From Phoronis australis (taxonomy: Eukaryota; Animalia; Phoronida), in the NCBI GenBank assembly GCA_002633005.1, contig NMRA01000062.1, positions 915,981 through 979,980 on the forward strand: a stretch of DNA of 64,000 nucleotides, given 5' to 3'. Position 1 is the stretch's first letter. Each line of letters opens with the position of its first letter. The notes below the pieces were generated by a model. That model did no database searches. It worked only from the letters and a program-made list of their open reading frames with translations, and was not told the origin of the DNA. Made by a program: the position numbers and the translations under genes. Of this stretch, positions 1-13,700 are shown one piece after another.

Positions 1-160
1 TGAAAAAGAATCAACTATATGGTGAAACAATGTTTTAGTTGTGTAAAGATCTGATTAACGAACGTTTTACTGCTGATTTAACTTATTAAGTTCTGTGAAA
101 TGTTTTTTTTTTTTTAGTCTAAATAGAACAAGATGTTTCCATGACAAAGTCCATACATAC

Positions 161-472
161 CGATGCACCATACTGTAAAATGGCGCTAGTTAAGTCGTCC
201 ACAGTCTTCAGCTCCAGGTCATCCATGCTTTTAGACAGCTGGTGGCGAAGTCGCTTCCTCCTTTTTGGGTTCCCGCGACGCATGGCGATGTCTTCAGAAA
301 AAAGCAACATCGCCCCTCTTCTGGTCAGATAGGTCTTGGGGAGGTTGACTTCTGACTTTGTTGAAATGTTGGACACATTTGATCTAGGTGTATCTGCCTC
401 TTCAAAAGCCACTCGTGGCTGGAGAGGAGGCAGGTACAGTCTGTTGGGGTTCTCAGCCCAGTTGAAATAATC
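161..472 (-). CDS. KIAA2012: KIAA2012-like protein, second coding exon; gene continues beyond the left edge of the window
   Basis: CAG acceptor, GTATGT donor, 312 nt in frame. Motifs DYFNW, LPKTYLTRRGAMLLFSE and LELKTVDDLTSAILQYG match recalled KIAA2012 motifs (LPKTFSTRKGALILYSE, LELHTLQDLKEAILAYG). Confidence 0.85.
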
Positions 473-2140
473 CTGCAATGAATGAAATGTCCGTAATGAT
501 GAGCAAAAGAAAGGTTGAACACAGATTACCATCCCATGTCACGACATGCATCTATATTGTCACGGTTCTTTTAAGACTGAATGTTTAAAAACCTACAGCA
601 GCATATCACAATTTGGAATTTAAGATTTCAAAACGGAGAAATTAATCAACTCAAGAATGGTGCACTTTGGAATGTTGACAACAGTAGTGTGGGACTAGTA
701 GTTTCTCAAAAGAGATAAAGCTTAACAGAAGTAAAGTTGCGTACCTAAAATCTACTTGTAACTTCAAACTAAGATCCACTCTATGAGAGTTGTTAGTAGT
801 TCTTGCCACACTCACCTCAGGAGAAAGGTGGCAGCACCTACTTACGGGGTTTAGTTTTTCGAATGAGGGGAAAAATCCTTCCCAGCAATGATTAAGGGTG
901 TTACAAATAACAAATACCGCAGTGGTGCTTATTAGCACTGGTCCTTTCAAAAGCCAATTAAACACCATTCTGAAACAAGCGCCGCCAGCAGTACTGTAAA
1001 TCGAAACTAATGAAGAAGAACTCTGACCGAAGTTCACTGTCTTAATGGAAATTTGAGTAGATGCGTTACAAGCATTAAAAGCCATCAATGGCATCAAAGC
1101 TGTTTTAAGATCGTAACTGTTACAATGCTCGTCCCACACTGGTAACAATGACAGTCCCACACTCGTCTAGATAAGGTTACAACTTGAGTGAAATAAAACA
1201 CGCTATTTAAAAGAACTGATCAAACATACCATGCAGTAGGTAACACCCACCAAGAGTACGTGATTGCCAAGTCTGCAAAACTGGCCTTTGAATAATCGCC
1301 GAGTTTTAAATAAGCACTGAGTTTTAAATAAGTGCTTTTTGTCTTCGAAAAAATACATGATACTACGGTATAATTCTTTGCCATTGTTGTCTTTGATCCA
1401 CACGCGATGTTCACAAATGCCCTATAAAGCATCTGTTGAAAAGCATTTAAATATTCACAACTACCCAAGTGCTACCACGGCAAAAATATAATTTGAAATT
1501 GTTTTACTAATGAACAGTGAGTTGCGCCACAACACAGATTCGAACTCCGAGGCTGTGCACTCAAACATATGGTCAGTAATTGGATTCTGTTTCTGTCCAC
1601 AAAAAGGGCAAAAATGAAATCAAACGTCCGAATTCTTCAGGCAGCTCTTATCTTAACACAATCAGATTAAAGTGCAATAATGGGTAATTGAACAGAAAAA
1701 CCTGCTGTTTCTGACCGTCCGGACTAGCCTGCCTGATACAGCTGGACCGTCTTTCACGACAATATAACGTTATGTCATATCGTGGAGTTCTAGTTACTTT
1801 TAACAAAAATCCAAAACCAAATACATTTATTTATTTAATTATGAATCTAAATGCTGCCGTGTGATACTGATGCCAAAGTTACATATTTTGCATTTTTGAG
1901 CAAATGCTGAATGACTTGTCCACATGCTGTACTGTAGTGTACTGTAGAGATTAAAATGAATGAGACACTTTTGCATCATTGACAAATTTGACCATCTCAT
2001 GATTAAAACTCATTTCCAGTAGTTTCCACAATTACGTATGATACTTGGAGTCAAGCATTTGATCACCAGAAGAGCTAAACACGTTACAAATAGTGCATCT
2101 TCAAAATGAAACACTGTTCACGCAGAGTTACCGTACTCAC

Positions 2141-2236
2141 CTCTGGCTCCAATTTCACTTCAACCTTCTCATGACCATTCTGTTTAACTTCGCCTATACC
2201 GCGGCTTAACAGTGACAGGTGTAGTGCACTCGTCAT
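2141..2236 (-). CDS. KIAA2012: KIAA2012-like protein, first coding exon (MTSALHLSLLSRGIGEVKQNGHEKVEVKLEPE)
   Basis: ATG at 2236, 96 nt, GTGAGT donor at 2140, phase 0. LSLLSRG...EVxxEPE matches the recalled N-terminus of vertebrate KIAA2012. Confidence 0.8.
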
Positions 2237-2535
2237 GATGGACCTGCACCCCACTCTAAAACTTAAGACTTGAATCGGCCTTAGTCACTTAACTTTGTTT
2301 GCTGCATCTTGAAAATGGAGGTTCGATCGAATACTCGCAATAATCACAAAGATGAATGCTCCGTCATTTCGCCAGCCTGTATGAACGCAGACCCTAGTCG
2401 CTCTTTACACGTTTCTGGCAAAATCTGTTGCTGATTCTTTACTTATTGACTGGGACCCGACCGATTATCGATAAATCTAATGAGTGAATAATCCATTAAA
2501 TGCTTAAGTGAAAATCAATCACGGTTAGCCTTCGT

Positions 2536-2709
2536 CCGCCATGTTGTTTTGGAGTGTTGCTCGGGTGCATGTGACGTCATACACCCCTATTCCGCAAGAG
2601 GGCGCCTGTAGTTTAAAAAACAGCAGCGGTTATTCCCAAAGACGGTCTCTGGTATTCCTATGAAAACTTGTCGAGAAATTTGTTTTTATTCAGTGGTTGC
2701 CACCGTGAC
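2536..2709. promoter_or_regulatory. Putative promoter of the KIAA2012-like gene
   Basis: Cluster of a YY1-like AACATGGCGG (minus, 2536-2545), CRE palindrome TGACGTCA (2572-2579), CTCF-like CCGCAAGAGGGCGC (2592-2605) and X-box-like GTTGCCACCGTGAC (2696-2709), 300-470 nt upstream of the ATG. Confidence 0.4.
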
Positions 2710-4070
2710 CAGCCATGTAGAAAGGAGGCAGCACGGGCAGGGGACCTGTTTAGTGATAGCTTCAATGCGGGTTTTTTAAAACTCACTATAAGTTCAAAAA
2801 TTCTCTTAACAGGAGCATAAGCACGGTGCCGCCCGAAGTGTTTTTATTCAGTCATCGTAAGCGTGAAAGCTGACGCACGGTATATGCACAGGCGTCCTCA
2901 GTGAAGCCAGTCGGTACATTTCTCTCAAAGTGCAAGTCTATAGGTGACGTTTCCGAAATTTGCGCGTGCAATACAGTCCAAAAGTTGTCCTTTGGAAGTT
3001 ATCAGACGAATGGTGGAATAACACAAATTCATTTGAGAATTGACTAGAATAAAATACTGGCTGTTCACTTCGATGTGTCACTGGTACCGTAGTCACGTTT
3101 TCGATGATCATTTTTGGCGAAAGCTACAGTACCTTTACTTAAAGATACATTTCACCTTATTTGCCTGGCTAAAAGATGAACATTGAAATATGGACTTTTA
3201 CGCTTGTAAAATCCGCCGGGCGCATCCCTTATAAGATTTCCCCTTCCAGTGTCACCAGCTGCTAGATGTAAACCCCAAAGTGCCGCACTTAATAAAAGAT
3301 AGTTACGTGCTAGATACGTGCAAAGAGACAGTATGCGCTCGCTGTTGACTAAAATAAAGTGTACAGACTGACTGTTTTAAAATGGATAGGGCATAACTAT
3401 TTACTCCGAAATCGGGAGTTTTAGCGCGATCATTAATATGATGCGTCGGAGCGCGTGCTAATTTCGTTTACACTTTTTTTACACCAGAGGTCTGTTCTCT
3501 CCACTTCAAATAAATTACAAATTTCGTGACGTGGGGCTTTTAGTCAGCAAAGTCATCTCGTAGGAATTCTCAGCTTGAATACCCATTTATCAGAGATGCC
3601 CATCCCTTATGTGCCACTGATCTAGATACCATGTCAGGGCCAAACCCGTGAGAAATACACCAAACGAGAAGCTCAGTACCAATAAAAGAATTTACTGGTG
3701 TCGAAAAGCACCACACTTTCCGCGTAACGCATCACTATCAGTTATTGATCACATTAGGCGACTTATACTTTCAAAGGGCCAGTGAAAAAACGCGTCATGT
3801 CAAACGAGGTTATCTTTGACGTTATTCAGGTTTTGTTTAATTAAATTCCTCCAAAACCATTTGATACGCCATTGCTAATCAGTTGAAATTTCTTAAGACA
3901 CGTTCACTATCTTCGCGGGCTCAAACTTCACACTCCTATTGATAACGGGCTAGTCCAAATTCAGGTAAATTCCAAGTTTCGTCTTGTCCGTTTTAACAAC
4001 TTACGCTGAAATTGAGTAACAATAGCAAACTTTTCGCACACGACCGTGATAACTGCATGTGAACACACAG

Positions 4071-4263
4071 TATAAATCATGGTATTCTAAGGAAAGCACT
4101 TGATTTCAAATCCCCGTTCTGTTGTATAACTATCTTGTGCCCATGTAGATCGCGGCAACATACTATCGGAGATAATCCTCACACTGTAAAGGATAATTAC
4201 TCATAGTTGCAATCATAACACTTCCTCGGCCTACAGTGAACCTGTCAGTTCCTGGAAATAAAA
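4071..4263 (+). promoter_or_regulatory. Possible TATA box and non-coding first exon of the FCGBP-like gene
   Basis: TATAAA at 4071 and a strong GTAAGT donor at 4264. The start ATG at 4686 directly follows a pyrimidine tract plus CAG acceptor, implying an upstream UTR exon. Confidence 0.3.
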
Positions 4264-4685
4264 GTAAGTAATCGAGATAAATGAATAGCATATTCACTTA
4301 TATTACGTATTTCAGAAAAGTGGAGTTGATTTCTCTTCAGTGATATGACGGAAATCAATCTAACGCCTGTGTGTGAACCTGACGTATTTATTCAGCAATA
4401 GTATCCGACTTACTACGGTGAACAGGTCATTTTTCTCCTCACTTGCAATGCACGCACATTCGGACCAGGATCGTGCTACTCAACAGTTGGCTAGATAGTC
4501 TTTATGTTAATAAAGTCTACAGTTTATCACCATGTTTCGCTTTTAATTCAGTCGAGGTTATTGAAAAGTAAACGTTTATCATCTCGCTGCTATTACTTCA
4601 ACAATAACCAGACACATAACATACATGTAGGCAGTTTTCGAACACTTCCTTTACTACAAGACTGCAACCACCCTTCTTGTTTCAG

Positions 4686-4749
4686 ATGGCGCTGTTACTG
4701 GCGCTGTTAGCGCTTAGTTCAAGCATACTGTGTTTATCAGCAGCAGCAG
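4686..4749 (+). CDS. Signal peptide exon (MALLLALLALSSSILCLSAAA)
   Basis: Hydrophobic core ending in A-A-A; GTAAGG donor in phase 1, matching the next exon. Confidence 0.85.
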
Positions 4750-7700
4750 GTAAGGTCTTTATTTGCTAAACAACTCAAGGTGTTGTTAAACTATTGCATT
4801 GAAAACCATGCATGCGTCCATATGCACCGTCAGTTGTCGTAACTTAGAAGATTAAAGCAGAAAGGGCCGTCAACGCTTTCACAAATCCACACATACGCAG
4901 ATTTCTGGAACTCAGTTGAGTGCCTATTTGGGACTTTTTCTTACTACTGGGCAATAGTGACTGGTTACTGAAACAACCTTTAGAAGAAATAAAAATTATG
5001 TAGACTTTAAGATAAAACTGTAGCAAACCAAGGATCAGATGTTTTCTTTGTTTAAGAACAATCCCAGAATGAAGCAAACGTGATCTCCAATACTTTGGTT
5101 ACTATTCCAGATCCTCCGGACAACAGGGGCACTGAATTCGTTATTGGCTTTACTAAGAATTACCGAAACCAGGGTAAGAATAACCTCTTCATCACTTGTC
5201 TGCAAGACACCGCTGTTACTGTCGACGCACCAGGGGCGAAATTCAAACAGACATTTAATTTGAAGGCAAAAGAACTCAAGACCATTGACCTGCCAATTTC
5301 TTTGCGGATGAACGTTGCAAATGGAATTGAAAATAAAGGGATATTGGTGACTTCCACCAAGGAGGTCATCGTCTATGGGATCAGCTTGCAAAAGGCTACA
5401 ACAGACGCTTTCCTGGCACTACCCACTGATATCCAGTCAGACCGCTACATACTTGCTTCCATAAAGCCAACAACACAGAATGCTAACCTTGGCGTTGTTG
5501 CCAGTCGAGATGACACAACCATCACAGTAAAGCCTCCTGGAAAGGCAGTGATTACCAAGAAATTGAATAGGCTTCAAACATACCATTACTCGGTAAATGC
5601 CGACTTGACTGGAACCATAGTAACCGCCGACAAACCAGTCTCGGTTTATTCGGGAGCAGAGTGCACACGAGTTGGCAATGTGGGCGCCTGTGACCATTTG
5701 GTTGAGCAGATACCGCCCGTCAACACATGGGGCAAACGATTTGCTACTGTGCCAATAGCCGGAAGAAGAATCGGAGACATTTTCCGCATCATAGCATCTG
5801 AGGACAATACTGCTATATCGATACCTGCGATGAAACTTACTCAAGTCAGAAATACAGCACAGTTCTACGAAATCGTTATACCATCGGAACAGCGCCAGTT
5901 GATTACCTGCTCCAAGCCTTGTCTTGTCATGCAGTACAACAAAGGTATGTGTTTGATATAACATACATTCCTACAATGAAAAACCTGTTAGTCAAAGTGC
6001 TTCGTGCAACATTTTTCACATTTTGTCCATTAAATATATGTCAAAAACTATGAGAAATTAGGAGTTCTTTGAGCATCAAATAGCACCTCAATCGACAATA
6101 GATCAGACCTTGATAATGACGATAAATCTGACACGACAACAACGACTACAAGGACGAGTGCCACAGCGATGCGACTGGCGACAGCAATGATGACAAGTGT
6201 AATGCTGCTTCCATCAGGGCTCTTTGTGCCTCCATTTTGGGACCAAATACCGACACCGTCCCCTGCGAAATTCTCATCTGGCCCGAGAATCCTCAATCCA
6301 CTGATTTCACTGACTCAAGTTTTTTAGCACGATGAGCTCCCAAAGTCTGTCGAATTGGTGGCGACGGGCGGGGATGACTCAAAAGGCACAGCGGGGCCCT
6401 GAATATTGAACTTTGTTGTCAATTTAAGGTCAGTCGTCAGATATAAAGGCCGACCCTTTCATGATAATGGTGCCACCGATAGAACAATATGCTGCCAACT
6501 ATGTACTGTCTACATCTCAGAGCGCAGAGGGACAGGCCTTTTCAAATCAACTTAGCATCGCTATTGAAGGAAAGCACAAAGATGGTCTCATTCTCGATGG
6601 TAAACCGCTCAAGTTAAGTTGTGTTTTACGTTTCCATATCAATTATTATTCCGCCAGTGTAGGAAATAAATCTGTAATAAAGTTGAAGTCTGATCATCTT
6701 TAAGAGCGACGTTGTATTTTTAAAAAATACCGCCAAATGAAAACTTTGGTAAAGCTTTTTAAAAAACGCACACCCCAAGTAATCGCTTTCGCATTAAATA
6801 CATGTTCTCATTCACTTCACTGCATACATTCACCACTAAAACCGAGCTTAGAGGAGTAAGAGACACTTATGTGAAATTCCCGATTGTCTGCCAGTAAAGC
6901 CAGGATTTGAATCCGGGTCTCTCAAACGCGAGCGACGGAGAACCACTGAGCCACATTATCTCCCGGTAAAGCTCAAAACATTTCAACAAGTTGCAACGAA
7001 TTACGGTTCGTACAGTGAAAAAACATATGGAAATTTAAAAAGACTTCAGACCTGCTCAAACCACTTTTTAAAGTGCCGTTGGTGACACCAGCCTATGTGA
7101 TGAAACAGTGAATATTGCCAAAATAAAATGAAACGTTGAAATACCTGTACATGAATTTATGTTCTCCAATTTGGTAGGAGGGGGGGGGTTTAAAAGCCAG
7201 TCTCCGTAGGTTTTCGGAATTAAAAAAATAGGTTGCAACAAAAATGATCTTTTCTAGTAGAGCAAGACTCTTTTAGGGTATCTGCGCAATGCTTAAATAC
7301 AAAGCCCGTTTAATTTGACAACCAAGTGAAACTTAAAGCGGCTATAAACCCACTTTCTATGACAAAAAATAATTCGCACATTGATCTCGAATTGTTCGAT
7401 AGTCAAATTGTAGGTGATATCAGGTCTTCGAAAACATTGGAAAATCATTATTTCAGTTGACGTAGTGAACAACGCTTTTCTGAGCTTGGTTTGAAGACAC
7501 AATGAGCTTTCATGTATTCTAGAGTTCAGAGATCGTCTCTTAACCTCGTAAGGAACGAGACAATATCACGTTTATGTACGTATGTAAGTGACCCAAATCA
7601 AAACTAGTTTTATTAGCAGAGAGCACGGGTTCATTGGGTTTGTAATTGGTTCCAATTTGCTTTACAGATCGCATGGCTTGCTGTTCCTGACACTAACCTT

Positions 7701-10700
7701 GTCGGTGGAACACTGACTATTGCTCATGGTCGTCACGAAATATACCACAAGAGCCCCATCGTTCCCTTTGCTGCCTATATGTATGGGTACCGAGACTACG
7801 ACTCCTATGGTTATCCAGGTATAAATCAATTTCATTGAGAATACATCAACCTGGAGTATGCAGGACCCTGTCACTCTCATTTTAGAAAAATGACGTGTGC
7901 ACAGCATGGGAAAATCAATTTATGATTTGCAGGAAATATTCAACTGTCACTGGTATTAAATAAGCTAAGTTGTGTGAAAATTTATGTATGGATTTTAAAA
8001 TAACTATTTCTGACATTCATAACTGGTTTCGCGTCCGACGTTCTGCATTTACAGGTGGTCTCCGCCTAGCACCCATCGCCATTCCTTGTAAGCCATCAAC
8101 CCCAGTTCCTTTGGACGGCCTGGATAACGACTGCGATGGGTTGATAGATGAAGAGCTCAAAAATGGAAAAGATGACGACGGCGACGGCAAGATTGACGAA
8201 GATATCGTGGCTCTTCCACCAACACTTGCCATTCCCACCAATTTTACGGCGTCTGTCTGCAGCTTAACAGACAAGACAAAGTACGCGCCGACAGTGGCTG
8301 GGAAAGTAACTGCGAAGGCTTCCAGTAAATGCGAAGCCATCGGAAAGACCCAGGTACGCCTCTAACCTTAAAAACGTGAACAATATACAGTGCTTCTTAA
8401 CATTACCCCCACTAGACGAAACAGGTGATTGCATCTGTTCAGTAATGAACAGTTAAAGACAATCGGCCATTCAGATGTTGTAGATAAAGACATGTCTATG
8501 TTTTCATCAATTTAAATACAAACGTGTTGAGTTAATTCGTCGTTGCTCTATGCAACAGACAAAGAAACATAATTCATAGTTCTTGGTTGGCAGATGCCTT
8601 CAAGTAACGTCTTGTAGTTCTGCTTGGTATAAATATACATAAGAACGCCAAGCAACAAAGGAGATTTCAGGTTAGTGTTTGTGGTCATATTCGACGTATT
8701 GGCTAGTTAGGTATAAATGTTTGAAGTGTGTTTCAAACAGGTGAATTACCAAGACAATGTCCTCAGTAACGCCAACTGTGAGACCGCCATTGAGCGAGTA
8801 TGGAGTGTGCTGGACGGTTGCAAGAATGTCATGGAGCACACTCAGTACATTAGACTATCTATTAAGAAACCCCAGTACAACACCCAGGCCACTGCATCCG
8901 TTTTGTGTAAGAATGCTGCGGAAGGTCGCGCTAAAACTTCTCTGACACCAAAAGTTACTAACCCGTGTCCAACAAACACGGTTACGTTGACAGAGAAGAC
9001 ACCAGCGACTTATTACAGCGGTAAATGCACTGGGCAGACGATCAGTCGCTCTTGGCAAGCACGTGAAAAGTGTGGACGTGTGACGACTCTGACGCAGAAG
9101 TTAACACTTCAAGGATTTGGTGAGTGTTGACAATGACATATTGCATTGAAGGTATTGTCGACTCGTGAAAAGTTTCCGGGACGCCTTTATTTAAATTTTG
9201 ACACATGTTGCAATAGGAAGACCTATCTTTACTGAGTCTATATATTAACAAATGTGCGCGGAGGCGTTTACCTAACCATCCTAGAGAGCTATTCAAATTC
9301 TGCAATACTTTTTCAGGTGCACCGACACTTACAAAGCCGAAAGACTACTCCAACCAAGTATGCAATCTGCAAAGCAAAGCTGAAATCGACCCTTCCAAAA
9401 CTGGCCAGTTGACTGCCAAAGTTCATCCTGAATGTGAGAGGCTGGGAAAAACCAGAATAACATACGCTGACAAAACAATTTCAAATGCGAATTGCAAGCA
9501 CGTGATTCAACGCACTTGGTCAGTGACCGACGGTTGTGGCCAGAAGGCTAGCCACGTGCAGACGATCACCTTAGAGATGATCCGCTCCACCATAGCCGTA
9601 ACGGTGCCACCAACTGCAACAATCCTGTGCATAAACGCTAATGAACTCAAGTCGAAAACTAACATCAACCCGGTAAAACAACCTGCTTCATGCCCAGGGC
9701 AAGTTTTTACTGTCACAGAAACCACCCCCGCAAGTGTGTATTCCGGCAAATGCACAGGACAGACAATCACAAGGACCTGGCAAGTCAGCGAGTCATGTGG
9801 ACGAAAATCAACCCTTGCACAAAAGGTTACTTTAACGACTAAAGGTAAACCTAGTTTGCAGAATATTTATGTAAGTGCTGTACAGGGTAAGGTGTGTTCT
9901 GTGGAAATCGAAGTTTTCGAAATTTTGTTCTCGATGTACCATAACAAGGTGTCCTATCAAAGCAAAACATGTTGCGACGATTCGATGCATTTATCAGATT
10001 AAGCCGCAAATATCGTCATATTTTAGGACCTCATTCTGATTAAATATTTTATAGGCTTTTAATCAGTATTGTTTTATTTGGCAAACAAAACCGGCGAACA
10101 CCACAAGCTTCCACTATTCGAGAGAGGTTTTCGTAAAATACTGAGAAAAGAAACGTATGTTTTCTAGTTCCTCCGAAAGAGACTAAACCGAAAGACTACA
10201 GCAAAATTGTTTGCGATGCAAATAGCGCTGACGAAGTCGATCCAGCGAAAACAGGTCGTCTGACAGCCGTCGTCTCACCCCATTGTGAGAAATTAAAAGC
10301 AACAGAAATTGACTACACTGACAAAGTGGTCAAAAACGCTAACTGTATCAAGCAGATTCAGCGTACATGGAAACTCGTCGATGGCTGTGGACATACTGTG
10401 ACGCACGTGCAGAATATTCAACTGTCTGTAAGCAAACCTAGCGCTACAGTTCCGAAGACTGGCGAACTGGTTTGCTCAAAGGTTGAAGAAGTAAAATCTG
10501 TTGCGGGCCTTCAACCAAAGCTTAACAACCCCTGTCCACAAAATAAAGTCACGGTCGTTGACACCACATCCGCCGCCAAATATGCCGCGGCTTGCTCTGG
10601 CCAGACGGTACAAAGGACGTGGGAGGTGCGAGAGTCCTGCGGAAGAGTTAGTACGATTTCTCAAAATGTGTTGGCGAAAGCCAAAGGTAAGATTTGTTTG

Positions 10701-13700
10701 TCACGTCACAAAAACGTCTTTGGTATCCTTTTAATTAAGTGTGCAAGATAACAGCTTTGTGACAAAAACAAACTTTTGTTTAAAGCCATCTTTCGTTAGA
10801 AACCCGGGGTAATCAATTTCCTTGCACAAATAAAAAACGATTTTTTAGTTTGAGAAAAATTGACAGTTCGTTATTCTTTTCTTCCTTCAACGACCCCACC
10901 ACATGTCTACGATCATCTGAATGCGATATAAACCAAGAATTCGCTTTTAATTTGATAAAACAACAGATCGAGGCCAATGATTTAGCAGCAACTAGAAAAT
11001 GTGTGGCAAAAACGGCATTATGCCATCTTCAAAACATATTTTGGTCATTTTGTGTAGTATTGCTTGTTAAACTTATTACATTTCTTTGAACATGCTTTGG
11101 GTTACGACTTCAATATTTAAGAAAACATCTCAACAAGTGAACAATTTTATAACTGTATTAAAATATAACATTTCCTAATAGCATTGCTATCCATGATATA
11201 GACGAGATATCCCAATAGGGAAATTGATCCAGCGACCCCAATAAAACCGACGAGCGTGCCAACCATTCAGTGAATAGGCAATTTCCAGATAACAAGTGGC
11301 TAACAGAGGCTTATTTGATTCACCAGAAGCACGTTTCACAACATTTCTATGGAATAATTCATATTTTTCAGTGCCACCGAAAGATAACAAACCGAAAGAC
11401 TACAGCAAGACGGTCTGTGACGTGAACAATGCTAACGAGATCGATCCAACAAAAACTGGTCGTCTTACTGCCGTTGTCTCACCCGATTGCGAAAAGTTAA
11501 AGGCTACAAAAATTGACTACACCGACAAAGTGGTCAAAAACGCTGACTGTGTCAAGCAGATTCAGCGCACATGGAAACTCGTCGATGGCTGTGGACAAAC
11601 CGTGACGCACGTGCAGAATATTCAACTGTCTGTAAGCAAACCTAGCGCTACAGTTCCGAAGACCGGCGAACTGATATGCTCAAAGGTTGACGAAGTAAAA
11701 TCTGTTGCGGGCCTTCAACCAAAGCTTAGCAACCCCTGTCCACAAAATAAAGTCTCGGTTGTTGACACCACATCCGCCGCCAAATATGCCGCGGCATGCT
11801 CTGGCCAGACGGTACAAAGGACGTGGGAGGTGCGAGAGTCCTGCGGAAGAGTTAGTACAATTTCTCAAAATGTGTTGGCGAAAGCCAAAGGTAAGATTTG
11901 TTTGTAACGTCACAAAGACTAGTGTTTTTAAATAATGAATATTACAATTACCAATGGCGATGATCTTGCCAAACTGAGCCAATTAAAAGGTCCTTTGTAT
12001 CCCCTGAATTAAATGTGCAAGATAACAGGTTTCTGACAAAAACTGAATTTTGTTTCAAGCCACCTTTTGTTAGAAACCCCATGACAACTTGTTCCTTACA
12101 CAGATAAAAAGGGATTTCTTGGTTTCAGAAAAATTGACAGTTCGTTATTTTTTTCTTCATACAATTACCTAGCCATATGGTCAAGCTCACTTGAATGCGA
12201 CATAAACCAAGAATTCGCATTTAATCTACTAAAACAACAGATTAAGACCAATGATTTAGCAGCAAGTAGAACAAGTTTGACGAAAACGGAATTATGCCAT
12301 CTTCAAAACATATTGTGGTCATTTTGTGTATTATTTCTTGTTATGGTTGTAATATTTCTTTGAACAAGCTTTGGGTTTCGACTTCAAAGTTAGCAAAACA
12401 TCTCAACAAGTGAACAGTTTTTATAATTGAATTAAAAGACAATATTTCCTAATAGCATTTCTATTCAAAAATCAGAATTGATCGTAGTAATAGACGAGAT
12501 ATCCCGATACGGAAATAGTTCCAGCGACCCCGGTAAAAGCGGCGAGTGTGCCAACCATTCAGTGAATAGACAATTGTCCGATAGCAAGTGACTATCAGAG
12601 GCTTATATGATTCATCAGAAGCACGTTTCACAACATGTCTATGAGGAATAATTCATATTTTTAAGTCCCACCTAAAGATAGTAAACCAAAAGACTACAGC
12701 AAGACAGTCTGTGACGTGAACAACGCTAACGAGATTGATCCAACAAAAACTGAGAGTCTTACTGCCGTTGTCTCACCCGATTGCGAAAAATTAAAGGCAA
12801 CACAGATTGACTACACCGACAAAGTGATCAAAAACGCTGACTGTGTCAAACAGATTCAGCGCACGTGGAAACTTGTCGATGGCTGTGGACATACCGTGAC
12901 GCACGTGCAGAATATTCAACTGTCTGTAAGCAAACCTAGCGCTACAGTTCCGAAGACAGGCGAACTGGTCTGCTCAAAGGTTGACGAAGTAAAATCTGTT
13001 GCGGGCCTTCAACCAAAGCTTAACAACCCCTGTCCACAAAATAAAGTCACGGTTGTTGACACCACATCTGCCGCCAAATATGCCGCGGCTTGCTCTGGCC
13101 AGACGGTACAAAGGACGTGGGAGGTGCGAGAGTCCTGCGGAAGAGTTAGTACAATTTCTCAAAATGTGTTGGCGAAAGCCAAAGGTAAGATTTGTTTGTC
13201 ACGTCACGTATGTTAGCATTGAGTTTTTTAAATAGTGAATACTGCAATAATCAATGACAATGATCTTTCCAATCTAACCAGGGTGCAAGACCAAAATTTG
13301 GATTTCTGACAGAACTCAAGGGCTTACTGACTCTTATAATCAGAGTCTACACTTGAGATGGTGTCGTTAGGAATGGATGTTGAAACAAGATAAGAGGCGC
13401 GAGAACATTGTATAGAATTTAGTGGGTATTTACCACATATGTGAAGGCTAGATACTCTCAAGAAGCAGCAGGGCTATACTTATTCGAAATGATATTTTTG
13501 AGCTTCGACATTTCAAAAACAACCTAGTCAAAATTTGAGTAATAGCATGCTACCACTCGGTTGGATAAGGTCAACGTATTCTTTAATCCACATTGTTGGA
13601 ATTTTACTGACGACCTACGATAATTGGCGACAGAGATTTCTGAATAAACTGATACTAAATCCTGTGTTAGGGTTTTCAACGAAAATTCGTTCTCTCACCT

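Noticed and set aside
651-1160. 169-aa minus-strand ORF in the KIAA2012-like intron
   Set aside because: No recognisable motifs, and the flanking exons already join in frame with continuous homology (EPE|DYFNW).
6048-6296. Minus-strand ORF with a TM-like hydrophobic stretch inside an intron of gene 2
   Set aside because: The hydrophobic run comes from a degenerate (GAC/AAC)n tract; no recognisable domain or splice support.
6899-6954. Possible tRNA gene
   Set aside because: Only A and B boxes are present; acceptor and anticodon stems do not form, so it is treated as a SINE head.
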